64,000 bases of DNA from Camelus ferus (Eukaryota), in the NCBI RefSeq assembly GCF_009834535.1, contig NC_045700.1:46190001-46254000 (forward strand), read 5' to 3'. Positions 51,571-63,558 of the stretch are shown here, one piece after another. Under the pieces are notes generated by a model. The model had not been told where the DNA came from and did not search any database. It saw nothing but the letters and a program-made list of their open reading frames with translations. Position 1 is the first letter of the stretch. The number at the start of each line of letters is the position of its first letter. Both the position numbers and the translations under genes were made by a program.

Positions 51571-52588
51571 CAGGCAAGGCTGACCACACAGTTTGTGGGA
51601 CCCAGCACATAATAAAAATGTAAGGTCCCTTACCCAGAGGTAAAAAATGTCATTAATGGTACTAAAATATAAAGCTTTTTCCTTTTTTCTTCATTCTCTA
51701 TCTGAACTCATCATATTTCTTATTTGCTATTTACTGTTGTTCTAAGTAAAGAAAAATATTAAAATTTAAATTACCAGCACCAATTTACTGTTTACCTTTC
51801 TGTGGTGCAAGGCCAGTTTTAAATGCAAAAATCAGAACATTTAAGTTGTATGTGGATTCCCTGAAATGACATACTTTGTATTTCCTAGTTCATACATGCA
51901 TAGGCGTTTCATCTTTACCCAAAGAGCAGAAACCATGCATAAAGCTAATTCAGCTGTTTTTATTTCCATTCTTGTTGCACACACCTTCTACCCACACTCT
52001 CTCTCTTCAGCCTACAGGTGAGTAAGGAAGGACTGGAAGGAGAAGGACTCTGGGTCGCTCTAGCTTTCCTTTCTCTTTGTCATGATTTTCAGTGTCAGTG
52101 GTTGGCTAATACAGGGAAGTAATGTGGATAAGAAGGGATATGATAGAGTTCCTTTGTCAGTACCGTTGCACTCCTACTATGTTCAGAGCAAGTTCTGGTT
52201 AGTACAGAAAAAGGGGACTCGGGCTGGCAGCACCGGAATTTACTCACTGGAAGATGTTACATGCGTACCTTGTACTTGCCTTGGATCACGTTGCACTGTC
52301 CTGCGTCACGAGTCCACCAGATTCTGCCCTCATGAGGCACTGTGGATGCTGTGTGTCAGTGGGACATCAGGGAACAGCAGACATGCATATCCACTCTCTC
52401 CTTTGTTCATACACATGCTCCACTGTCCCATTGGACTTCACTTAGCAAAACACGTGTTCAAAGAGAAAAGTATTAAGAACTTCAGGATGGTGACAGCAGA
52501 GCATTAAGCTGAGTGTGTGGGACTCTCCTGAGCCTGAGAGTGGGGCCCCATGCCACCTCACAGGTCTCATGCCCATGGACCAGCCCTG
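51571..52588. mobile_element. MER45B-like hAT-Tip100 non-autonomous transposon
   Basis: About 1.02 kb. Left end caggcaaggctg...ggacccag...aaaatgtaaggtccc, right end catgcccatggaccagccctg. Confidence 0.65.
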
Positions 52589-52749
52589 AGTGTAGAAATG
52601 CAGGAAATGGAAAGTGCGTTTCTTCCTTTCCCCTCCCCACTCACATTCCCGGCTCCTCTCCCCAGAGGAAGTGACGTGGTTTCTTCAGTATACGTGTCAG
52701 ATGCATAAAGATGGGCATAGCTGTAGATAGATATGTACCCAACCTACAG

Positions 52750-53220
52750 AGTGGTAGATTAAATATGACCCCAGATTCTTTCAGCTCTTCCAATCAAGAG
52801 GTGGAGTCTGCTTTCCTCTTCTTGACTCCAGATTGGCCCTGAGATGTGCTTTGACCAGCAGAATGCTATGGGAGTGGCTTTGACTTTGAGTGTTGGCCCA
52901 TAGAGGCCCTGTAGTTTCATTGGTGTGCTCTGGGAGTGCTTCCTTCGTTGTGTGAAGATGCCCGAGATGAAGAGCCACATGGTCCATTCCAATCACTTCA
53001 GCCATAGCAGGCGAGGCCCCAGAGAATCAAGTCCAGTGAGCCCCACCCAGCCCCCGGCCACCCTCCCAGCTGACTGCAGCCACCTGTGTAAGCCCAGGTG
53101 ACACCACAGAAGACTCCCCCAGGAACCCAGCAGAATTGAGTAATAGTCATTGTAAAATGATGTCGTTAAGTTTTGGGATGGTTTGTAATGAGTAATAATG
53201 ATCTAATGGTGTATACATTA
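52750..53220. mobile_element. MLT1F/G-type MaLR LTR
   Basis: caagaggtggagtct...gctttgaccagcagaatg...cccagctgactgcagcca...ttaagttttgggatggtttgtaat. Confidence 0.75.
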
Positions 53221-53880
53221 GAAACATTTAAACTTATGTACTTCCATAAATGGAATTGCATCATTCATATTGTCTGTGTCTTGCTTTTTTCCCATTTAGA
53301 GACCCTTCTGTCTCAGTCCAGTCAGATTAACCACATTATGCTGCAGAGTTTTTCACTGGCTGGATTCCTATAATTAAACCTATTCCCCTTTTGACAGTTA
53401 TGTAGGTTTTGTTCTCATAAACAGCGCTGCAATGTACATTCTTATATAGGTATCTGAGTGTACTTTTGTGGAGTAAGTTCTTACCTATGGAATTACATGG
53501 ACATTATATGAAATTTAAAATCTGATGAATATTTTCTAATTATGCTCCAGAAAACCAAGACCAATTTACACTCCCTTCAACAGTGTATGAGTATACTTCT
53601 TTTATCATTTCTTCAACACTGATTTCAAAGTTTGAAAAATTTATCAGGGAAGAGAAAAGTTGTCTTATTGTTGTTTTGTTTCCTTGATCATGACTGAGAG
53701 TGAGCATCTTTTAAAATATTTTTTTAAAAGTTGTAGTTTTAATCTCTGAATGGCTGGTTCATATCTTCTGTCAGTAGTCTGTTGGGTTGTATGTATAATT
53801 AAGATTCTAAGAGCTCTTTGTAAATTAAAGAACTGTCTCCCTTTTTTTTTACCATGTGTATCAAGATAGCTTTTCCAAGT
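53220..53880 (-). mobile_element. Old L1 (L1ME-like) ORF2 3' relic
   Basis: ccaatttacactcccttcaacagtgtatgag...ttccttgatcatgactgagagtgagcatcttt. Confidence 0.65.
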
Positions 53881-55185
53881 TTCTGTTAGAGATACATTTT
53901 GTGACCAGGCACTGTTAACTGGAAAAACATTTCCTGACTTGCTTTCTGATTTTCTTCCTCAAGACATTTCATTCATTAATTTTTTTCTCTAATCTCTTTC
54001 CCTTGAACTATGCCCTAGTTACACATCCCTAAAGCCATGTTACTATAAACAAAACATTTTAAAAGGCATTTTGTCATCTACCACTTTTCCTGGAAATTTT
54101 TAAAATTTATCCATTTAATATTGTCTTTATCCTCTGGCTACTGGGGGGCTGCTCCTTCAGGAAGCTAATCCCAAATTACTTGGTTGCTGATCTGTTGGTT
54201 GCCAAATACAGTTCCCAGCAATAATTCATCCTTATCTATTTGGAGAAAACTAAAAGGAAGAATGCATTAAGAAATTTTATCACATGCTGTTTTTCTTGGC
54301 CAGATCAATGATAGGCATTTGGTACATGGTCCCTTATTGTCTTAACAGATCAGATACTTTTTGTAGGGTTGAAGCTAAAAATCCTGGGTAAAGAGATGAA
54401 GTAATTCCACTTTCATGCCCGGATTTGATCATTCCCAGGTGCTCAGTGTATTGTCCATCAGTGGTTCTAGAAAAACGGAATCTAACTATGTGTGGAAGAC
54501 AGCACAAGCAGCTTCAAAAACCTCCGGGGAAAGAGCCGTTAAGACAAGGTGTATATTTTGAAGGTGGAGGAAGATAACTACTCAATTAAAACCTGATTTG
54601 GAGACTAATGCTAACACGCGGGTGAAAGGTGCTAGTAAACAGTACAACAGAGTTGGTGAGATCCTCTTTCAGAAAAGCTTGCAAACTTTAAAATGTACAA
54701 CAATCCCCCATAAATAAATGTTCGTTTGTAAAACAAACAAACAAAAACCACAAACAGCTTTTAACCAATATGGGAAATGAGAAGCTCTTCAAAAGATTGA
54801 TTTTCAGTAAAGGGAAGCAGTCTTCCTTTAAACATCAATATTTTGAAAATCATTTTTATAAATTTATGTTCTCCCATTTTGTCTTAGAAGAAAACAAAAT
54901 TTAACGTTTTACCTAACATGATGACTATGTCATCCGTATGAGTTTGTGATTTTATTCTCTGCTTCAGTTGGCTGATGCCCTCAGAGGCCTCTGAGCTGTG
55001 TAGGAGTTTTTGCCATCACATCAAATGGCACCAGTATATTATGGAATTCTGTAGTTTTCCTGTTTTCCTCCTTGTTCCAAGCTCTGAGTGTTCACTGAAG
55101 TCAATATTCTTTTCTGTAGAAACCCCCTCTCTCGCCCTTCCCTAGAGTTTTTTCTCTGGCAAGACTGGGGAACAATATGGCCACT

Positions 55186-55328
55186 CTTTTTATTCTTAAT
55201 TTTTATTTTTAGTAGGGGGAGGTGATTAGGTTTACTTATTTATTTATTTTTAAGGAAGTACTGGGGGTTGAACCCAGGACCTCGGGTATGCTAAGCATGC
55301 ACTCTGCCACTTGAGCTATACCCTCCCC
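55186..55328 (-). mobile_element. Camelid tRNA-derived SINE
   Basis: Reverse complement of the 3481 copy: ggggttgaacccaggacctc...atgctaagcatgcactctgccacttgagctataccctcccc. Confidence 0.9.
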
Positions 55329-55669
55329 ACCGGCGGGTCTTTATAGCACAGCATCTAAAGCGAGCGTAAATCAACCTGAAGAAGTGAGTTGCACTCACAC
55401 TTGTAACAGTGCCTTCTCCCAGCTGTGATATGTGAAATAAACGTCCCATTTGTTTTGCTGGCTTAGGCGACTTATGGGCAGCTCTTCACTGTGTTCAGAT
55501 GGGTTAGGAGATCTGTACGAGAGACCTCAGGTTAAGTGATATATGGCTGAAGTGATTTAAATCTTTGTAGAATATCATTTCTAAATTGTTCATCAAACTG
55601 CAAACACAGCCTGTCCTGATATGCAAGTTCATTAATGAATAGAGAGGGCAGTTTCCAGGGTGGGAAGCA

Positions 55670-55850
55670 CATGTCTTGGGTCTTAGACTTGGGTCAAAAT
55701 GAGATTTTGCTTTTTCCTGGCCGTGTGATATTGGGCCAGAGGTTACACCCCAGTTTTCTCACCTATAAAATGAGATAAAACATAGCTTGTATTGTAAGAG
55801 TGTGAGTGTCTAGCACATAGGTAAACATTGAGTGAAGGAATTTCATTAAA
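55670..55850 (+). mobile_element. MIR
   Basis: gtgtgatattgggccag...cagttttctcacctataaaatgagataa. Confidence 0.65.
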
Positions 55851-57304
55851 TGATAGTAACTTTAGATATATATAATTTGATATTAACTGAAATATGTTGT
55901 ATGAGTATAAATTATTAAATACATTCTCAATGTTTATGATAAATTAATCTATTATTATTGATATATAAGTATATAATTATAAATTGCTTTACAAACTCCC
56001 CACACAATTCTATAATAATAATATCTCTTAACCATTCTCCATTCCCAGTGCAGAAGTCAGATTCACAGTGGCAGTGGAAGACTGGGGTCATGAAAGAGCT
56101 AAGACTCTCCAGTTTTTCATTTTCCTAAAGTGTCCGTTTTCAGATTGAAATGTGGGTCTAGGGCTGGAAAGAGGATGAGATGAGCATCTTTCTTTCCAGC
56201 TCTCTCTGACCTTTAATGAAGGTGATCCAGACCTTCTGAATAGAAGTGGAAGGTGGGGTAACTCCTGACCCTTTGTAATGGAAATATACTCTCCAGGCAG
56301 TGAACCATGTCACATCAGGGTGTAGACTCAGGCTTTTTTGAAAAATGCAAATTGCCAAATGGTGAACAATTTTGGCAACAAAAATTTTCACAGTAGCTTT
56401 TTTTGGGTGCCAAAAACTTCTCATGTGGACACACCGACTTGTGCCTACCTACACTGAGTTCTACACCAATGACTATCACTTCTAGGAGATGTGCCAGAAT
56501 AAGCTGAATGGGGATTAGGTCTCTGTTTTTTTGAGGCTGGAGGTTTGGTGCTTTGAAACCACGAGAAGTCACCTGGGTATGGGGTCGGTGGAAGGGGCAT
56601 TTGGTTGTCGCTCTTTGTCACACGATGGTGTCTCAGATGTGAGACAGTAGTGTAAACTCACAGCCTGGTCTTCCTCTCCGAAGCTGTGATTAAACATGCC
56701 CTGTTTGGGCGTTGCCTGGTGGATGAGAATAACAACACGGCTTGGGTAGGAAGGGTATTGTCCTGAGGTGTGGCATCCTTTGACTTCCTCCCCCAAATGG
56801 AGCATTTCCTGCTTTCCAGCTGGATGATGAGTCATGTGAAGAGCCCTGAGGATGTGACACAGGAGACCACTCAGGCCATAATTATTTGAATGGCATGGAT
56901 GACAAATTGCTTTCATGCGCGCATATCTCATCCAGGTAGAGCCGGGAAGTGCAAGAAGGGCTGGAAATAGCTCCTGGCTACACGGGAGCATCTTTGATGC
57001 TAGTGCTTTCAACATCCGAAAGAGCCGCATCAAAGTAATGTTTACCAGCAGTCTCATTGCAGATCTGAACATCCTGGTGCTTGTTTCTATTTCTTGTGAT
57101 TCTTGGCAACTGAGAAGCATTGTTGGAGTTCATCCAGAGTAGGAGATTCATCAGGGATTTGGTACATGCCTGAGACAGACCTCTGTATGCTTTAGTGGCA
57201 CAAAGAAACATGTGGCCAGGAGAACCGTCATGCAAGAACACTCCCTGGGGTGTGTGAGGAAGATGGCTCATATCGTGTGGTAGACTCTGTTCTTCTAGAA
57301 TATG

Positions 57305-57610
57305 GGCATTAGCATTTATTATATGTCAAGACCCTTGTTAAGTACTTTTACATGTTATTTTGTTTAATCCTAACTATGACTTAATGAAGTAATAATAATA
57401 AATACAAAATTAGCTATATAGATTTGTCATTATGCTAAGTAGGTACCGTATATAATTGTCTCATTCAATCCTCTTAATAACCCTGACCCCAGCAGGGATT
57501 ATTAACCCACTTTATAAGTAAGAAGTCTGAGGCTTGGAGAGCCTAGAAACTTGCCTCAGGCTGGATGTAAAATGAAGGAGTTAGGATTTAAACTAGTCCT
57601 GTCTGATTTC
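57305..57610 (-). mobile_element. MIR fragments (two, adjacent or nested)
   Basis: taagtactttacatgttattttgtttaatcct...attattaacccactttataagtaagaagtctgaggcttggaga. Confidence 0.65.
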
Positions 57611-57659
57611 AAACCTCATGATCTGTACCACACTGTTTGTCTCTTACTGTCCTGTGGTC

Positions 57660-57752
57660 AAGCAGTGTCAGCAACAATCCAACCAACCAACCAAACAAAC
57701 CAACCAATAAACAAATAAACCACCACCACCACCACCAACAACAACAAACCAG
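57660..57752. repeat. Compound (CCAA)/(CCA)/(CAA) simple repeat
   Basis: Seen directly. Confidence 0.9.
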
Positions 57753-60636
57753 TTTCAACCCCCTGTAATGCAATAGTATGTGAGAAACACATTCACTTGG
57801 AGAGCAACAGCCCAAATTTGGTGTAACATTTCATTCTCAGTGACATTTATGACGAAATTGGAATCTATAACATCGAGTTAAGTTCTCCAATCCTACTGTG
57901 TTGGTCATGTTTCTTGTGAGACCCTGAGGTGAAAAATCAAGAGATACTTAAGAAGAGAACACCTTGTACACAAGAAGGCCACTGTTTTTCGTTTTTTTTT
58001 TTTACCCTTCATGCTATTATACATATTTTCCTACAAGAAGTGGCCTGTTGGAGGGTCTCCCCTCTGGTTTCCTGAGAGATGAGATGTGTTTATTTCTCTG
58101 TACAAATCATGATGTGAAAGAACAGCCTCCTCGAAAAATATCTTCCTCACTTCAACCTCCGCACACGTTGTAGGGAGATCAGAGTCATGGTGGCGGTCCG
58201 TTGTACCAGGATGATCAAATGATCCAACCTCCAAGTCCACTGGGAAATCAGGGTGGAAGATAATCCACCACTTCCCACCTTTGTTCACCCTGCAATTTGT
58301 CTTCATTCTCAAGTGATTGACTTGGAGAGAATGAAGTAATATATCAGCTTTGGATATTTGATTTATGACCAAAAGACAGGAAGAATCCAGAGGCTGCTTT
58401 GTCTAAGGAGTCTCATGTGTGGAATAAGGTGAATATCTTAAATAAACTAAAGAGCTTTCTAAGCATGCTGGTGATGACTTCCATGTTTAGTTCTTTTTAC
58501 AGCATACGTATGGTTTTTTTAATTGTAGAATCTCTCTTGTTTGGAGGCAATTCCAGAAAACTTTATATGTACATTTTTGATACAGGCTGAAGATCCTGTG
58601 CCCCTCAGACACTTTCTCTGCCCTAGGCGTCTTGTTCACACATGTGCAAATGTATCTAAAGTCCAGAATGGTATGGCACATGCACAGTACAGCAAGCACA
58701 CAGTCGTGGGGGTCAGGAGGAAGAACTGTGTGAATCGTGTATTGGAGAAAACCAACTCCATCTGCTTGTACCGTATGTTGTTCTCTACTTATTTTTTTCT
58801 TAAGCACAAATTAATTTAGCCACAGTTTTCAAAAGTGGGCAATAAGTAAGATTGTCTCCTAAGCCTTCCACTGATTCCTGTACACCAAGCAGAGAGCAGC
58901 CCCCTCTGGTACAGATCTCCCATCCCCACCCTCAAATTACCAGCAACAAACTGAGAATCTCCATTTGTACTTTTAACGAAAGAAATCTACCGTGGCTGTT
59001 AATGATGGTAAATTAGAAGAAATGATTCTGCTTCCTTCAAAGCCAAGTCATTGGACTTACCACCATTTTAGATTTTAGGAAGAAATTTCACTTATTCATA
59101 GAATATTTATTGAATATTTAACAGGGGCACATTCAAATGACATCCAAAACATACAACATATGGGCTTTGGGCCCAGAGGTGACTGTCTAATTCAAGAGGT
59201 TAATTTATGTATATATGAAAAGTTAAATATTAGTATAAAAGTTTAAAAATACTAACATTAGTGGAGAAATTAATAGGCTGAGGAATGATGAAATAATGTC
59301 ACATTTTTCACCCTCTGAAGTGCTGAAAACCTGTCTTATTTTTAGTACTTTGTCTTGTGTCCTTTCGTCCTTAGTGCTTTATCTGTAATTCAAATTTTTC
59401 TTACAATCTTAGCCCATTGAAACCATTGAGCACGAGGAGCATTATGGTCAGATTATCCTTGGTCCAAATTGCTCATTATTATGTCTTCCTTTCCATTAAG
59501 CATCTGTATTTGCTTGCTTTTTGTTTATGACTCTATTCCTATGAGAGCTGGTTCAGAGGTTCCGAGCAGGAGAGGAGCTACTGCCATGTCTTTAAAGAAA
59601 AATCTTCCTCTAGTGAGGAAAGCTGTTCTCTTAACTGAGCGTGCAGTGCTGGAAGGCAGAGGAACGGGTGGCCACCCCCCTGAGGGGGCCCGGCCGGCCC
59701 GATCAGCCCGGTTTGCAGCGCTGTGTTTCTGCTGGATCTCTTGCACGGCTCCTGTTCTACCCACTTAACGATGGAGCCTTGTTTTTTTGGCCCTCTCTGC
59801 TATTCTCTTAGCTTCTGATACTGTCTATTTTATCTCCCAGAATTATGTGCAGTGTTAGGGTGGACTACTCAGTAATGGCTAAGACTTTAAGGACTGAGTG
59901 GGAAGTCAGGATCAGCCTAGTGTCTTTAAGGTTGAATGCAACTGATGTATACACCCTCCATGTCCTGCACACACCCCAAGACAGGCTGTGTTTCATGGTT
60001 GGCCAGTATGCATTGCCAGGCAAGCCTGTGTGCTCTGGGTGTGCCCAGCACCCTGGGAGACTCCAAACAGGCATGATCTCCCAGGGGCAGAGTGGAGGTG
60101 GCCTCACCCTGTCCTCTCTTGGGAACCTCTTCTCAACGTCCCAGGCTGGGCCCATGAGGCTGGGTTAAATCTCTAATGCTTGTTGATGGTTTTCAGGTGC
60201 CACCTGGGAGAATGGGCCCTGGAGAGAGGCACTTGGAAAGTAAGACACGCTTCCATCTGAAGCTTTTCTACTATGAAGGCAGACTCTGCTTTTCACGGAG
60301 TGGGAATGACTCCTGGACTTCTTGCCTCCTCCCATTTGCCTCCTTCCTCTCCTATACCTCACAGTAAATCAGCTGTATGCTTCTCAAGCAAGAGATTCAA
60401 TTTTACTGTTAGGTTTGGCTGGAATTGCCTTTAATGGTCAGAAAATTATCCAGTATCTCAAAAACACAATTAAAAAATTCAGCTACAGCATGTCCCTGTG
60501 ATTTTTGCTGGCAGTAAGGAAGTATTCCCTCTGAGGAGGTCTTTTAGACAGTTGGCGTTTAGTACTTGCTCTCCAAATATTATTTCACAAGTGGAAACCT
60601 GAAGGGTTTTTTAGTCCATTCAATACCAGGCATCTT

Positions 60637-60926
60637 CTAAAAACTGAAGTATAGTTGATTTACAATGTTGAGTTAGTCTCTGGTGTACAGCATAGTGATT
60701 CAGTTATACAGATGTACTTTCTTTTTCATGTTCGTTTTCATTATAGGTTATTACAAGCTGTTGAATATAGTTTCCTGTGCTGGACCTAAATGAAAGTCAG
60801 AGAAAGAAAGACAAATATATGATGTCACTTATATGTGGAATCTAAGAAAATGACACAAATGAATCTATTTACAAAACAGAAAGAGATTCCCAGAGATAGA
60901 AGACAAACTTAGAGTTACCAAAGGGG
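60637..60926 (-). mobile_element. 5'-inverted L1 insertion (terminal 3' UTR on -, upstream ORF2-end/3' UTR piece on +)
   Basis: 15-bp TSD aataccag(g/a)cat(c/a)tt at 60622-60636 and 60927-60941; inversion junction near 60782. Confidence 0.82.
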
Positions 60927-61059
60927 AATACCAGACATATTTTAAGCAATTCCAAAATGAAAGTATCTGTTATAACATTGTCTTGGAGGTAGAAAATATC
61001 TTGCAGCTGGTCATTCTTACTTTCTAGGTACAGCACCAATCAAATACATGAATCCTGAG

Positions 61060-61210
61060 CGTGTTCTGACCCTGGTTCTAGCTCTAAAGAAATTGGCATC
61101 CTTGGGCAACTTACTAATTCTTTAGCAACTGTCCTCTTATTAGGAAAAAGGAAAGAATGTTTTAATTAACCTTACAGCTCGTCTGGTAGGAATACTGAGG
61201 CAGATGATAG
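61060..61210 (+). mobile_element. MIR (degenerate)
   Basis: cctggttctagctct...catccttgggcaacttactaatt. Confidence 0.5.
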
Positions 61211-61809
61211 TGGTGGGAAGAAGTAATCCAGGAATCACCATTGATAGCAGCGACCTAGGACATTTGTAACAGGGATCAGTGGAAGTGATTCTAGGCCAGG
61301 CTTGAGCTGCTTTCGGATTATTTGGAAACAGGGAGTCCTAGAGCTTTCTGGACCTGTGGTATTTCTGACTGAGCAGCAAGTGTTTCATAACATACCGTGG
61401 TTAAATACGTGCCAGGAGGGGTCATTGCCTCCTACACTCCCAGGGAGCCAAGAAGCCACGGTAACAACACTTAATGAGATGGCCTGACAGCTCTGGGAAC
61501 GTCCCTTCGTGTGTTGTTTTGAATGATGCCAGCCAGTTTCAAGTGGGCAGGATTAAAATGCAAACCAAGCCCAGATTTTTTTCTTTTTAATTAATGTCTG
61601 ACATTTGCCAACCAGGGGAAAGGCGATGATAGCGTGCAGCAAACAGACTGCTTAGAGCTGCACTGTCACCTGGACTAAACATCCGGACATGAGGTGGCTG
61701 GGGACGGCACTGGCCCCTCTGTGGCTACCAGGAATGGATTTGGCAGCTGAAAGGGAAACGTGAAAATGTTCCTCAAATGTGACCTTTTAAAAAAAAAACA
61801 AAAAGTAGA

Positions 61810-62045
61810 CTTAAAATTTGTGGTAAAAATACACCTAACATGAGATTTACCACTTTAACATTTGAAGGGTACAATTCAGTGGCAAGAAGCACATTTAGAA
61901 CGTTTTACAACCATTACCACTGTCTAGTTCCAGAGCGTTTTCAACACCCCGTAAGGAAACCGCATATGCATTAAACAGTCACTTCCCACTTCCTGCTCCC
62001 TGAAGCCCTGGCAACCACTAATCTGCTTTCTGTCTATGAGTGGAC
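61810..62045 (-). mobile_element. L1MB-type 3' end
   Basis: ttgtggtaaaatacacctaacatgagatttaccactttaac...ccctggcaaccactaatctgctttctgtctatg. Confidence 0.8.
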
Positions 62046-62204
62046 TTTTTAGGAAGGAGAGTGGAAGCCACTGACCTTGGGAGTTAGGACATGGGGGCTT
62101 CTTTTCAAATCTGGGCTCCCATCTTTGTTTTTCCAACAACATGGCAGCCCCCCCCCCATTAGCATCACAAGGGCAAACCTATAACTTATGACCCCCTTTG
62201 CAAA

Positions 62205-62620
62205 CCTTTTTAAACAACTTTGAGGTATATTTTACGTACCATAAAATTCACCCGTTTCAAGCGTACAATTCAGTTAGTCTTTTTACAAGGTAGTGCAGCC
62301 ATCAGCATAGTCCAGCTTTAGAACAGTTTCATCCTCCCAGTAAGAACCCAGTAGTCCTCGTTACGGCTAACCCTGTTCTACCCCCATCTCCAGGCAACCA
62401 CGGATCTACCTTCTGTCTCTATAAACTTGCCTTTTCTGGCTATTTCATATCAATGGTATCATGTGAAATGTGGTCTGTGTCTGGTTCCTTTCATTGAGCA
62501 GGAGTTTGAAATTCATCCATGGTGTACTATGTGCCAGTAGTTCCTTTTTTCTGGCCAAGTAGTAGTCCGTTGACTGAATCTACTGCATTTTATCTATCCA
62601 TTCACCTGCAAACATTTTAT
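62205..62620 (-). mobile_element. L1MB-type 3' end
   Basis: ttgaggtatattttacgtaccataaaattcacccgtttcaagcgtacaattcag...ccaggcaaccac. Confidence 0.8.
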
Positions 62621-62669
62621 GGACCCAGCATACTTCCTCTGTGCAACTCTGCTACTCTGTGCAAACATT

Positions 62670-62812
62670 AAAAAAATTGTACAATTTATTTAATTAACGG
62701 TGGGGAGGTAATTAAGTTTCTTTCATTCCTTTTTAATGGAGGCCCTGGGGATTGAACCCAGGAACCTGCATGCTAAACACACACTCTACCACTGAGCTAT
62801 ACCCTCCCCCGA
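62670..62812 (-). mobile_element. Camelid tRNA-derived SINE
   Basis: Exact 11-bp TSD gtgcaaacatt (62659-62669, 62813-62823); ggggattgaacccagg...ctctaccactgagctataccctcccc. Confidence 0.92.
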
Positions 62813-63254
62813 GTGCAAACATTTTAAAAGAAGTCTCTTATCTATCAATTCTAGAGGGTTGGACTGTTAGATGACCTCTAAGATCCTCATTAGCCAACAT
62901 TCTGTCCAAAAAAGTCCCAGGGCAGATCCAACTTCTTAGACCATTCATTTATTCAGCAGATAATCTCTTGAGCCCTCTGGGCACACCAAGCCCCAGCACT
63001 CTTGGAATTTCTGCTCTAATGCAAGAGGCGGGACAAAGCTCTTTTCATGTCATGCGTGGCTCCTCTTCTGGTGGGTCAAAGGAGTAGAAACATTCCAATG
63101 GGACTGATGTTTGGTCCCCTCTGTTCCCTCCCCAGACCCTCTCACTCCTCAGATGCTCCATGCTCCCCGCCCCGCCCCCCACCCTGTCCAGGTGCTCCCA
63201 TTCCATCCTGAGTTTTCTGCACATTTTTTGGTGAATGCTTGTTTGCATGTCTCT

Positions 63255-63558
63255 CCTGTCTGTGGGATGTGGGCAACTTGAGGACAGGATGGTGTCTTGC
63301 TATATACCCTGAGCATCATGGAGGGCCCAACAGTGCCCAGCGGTTATTTGATGAACAAACGAATGACTCCCGTTCTGGCCAGGGGCAGGAGCAGATAGAA
63401 GACATGCCTGTCTGTGGGATGTGGGCAACTTGAGGACAGGATGGTGTCTTGCTATATACCCTGAGCATCATGGAGGGCCCAACAGTGCCCAGCGGTTATT
63501 TGATGAACAAACGAATGACTCCCGTTCTGGCCAGGGGCAGGAGCAGATAGAAGACATG
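63255..63558. repeat. Perfect head-to-tail tandem duplication, 2 x 152 bp
   Basis: 63255-63406 is identical to 63407-63558 by base-by-base reading. Confidence 0.95.
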
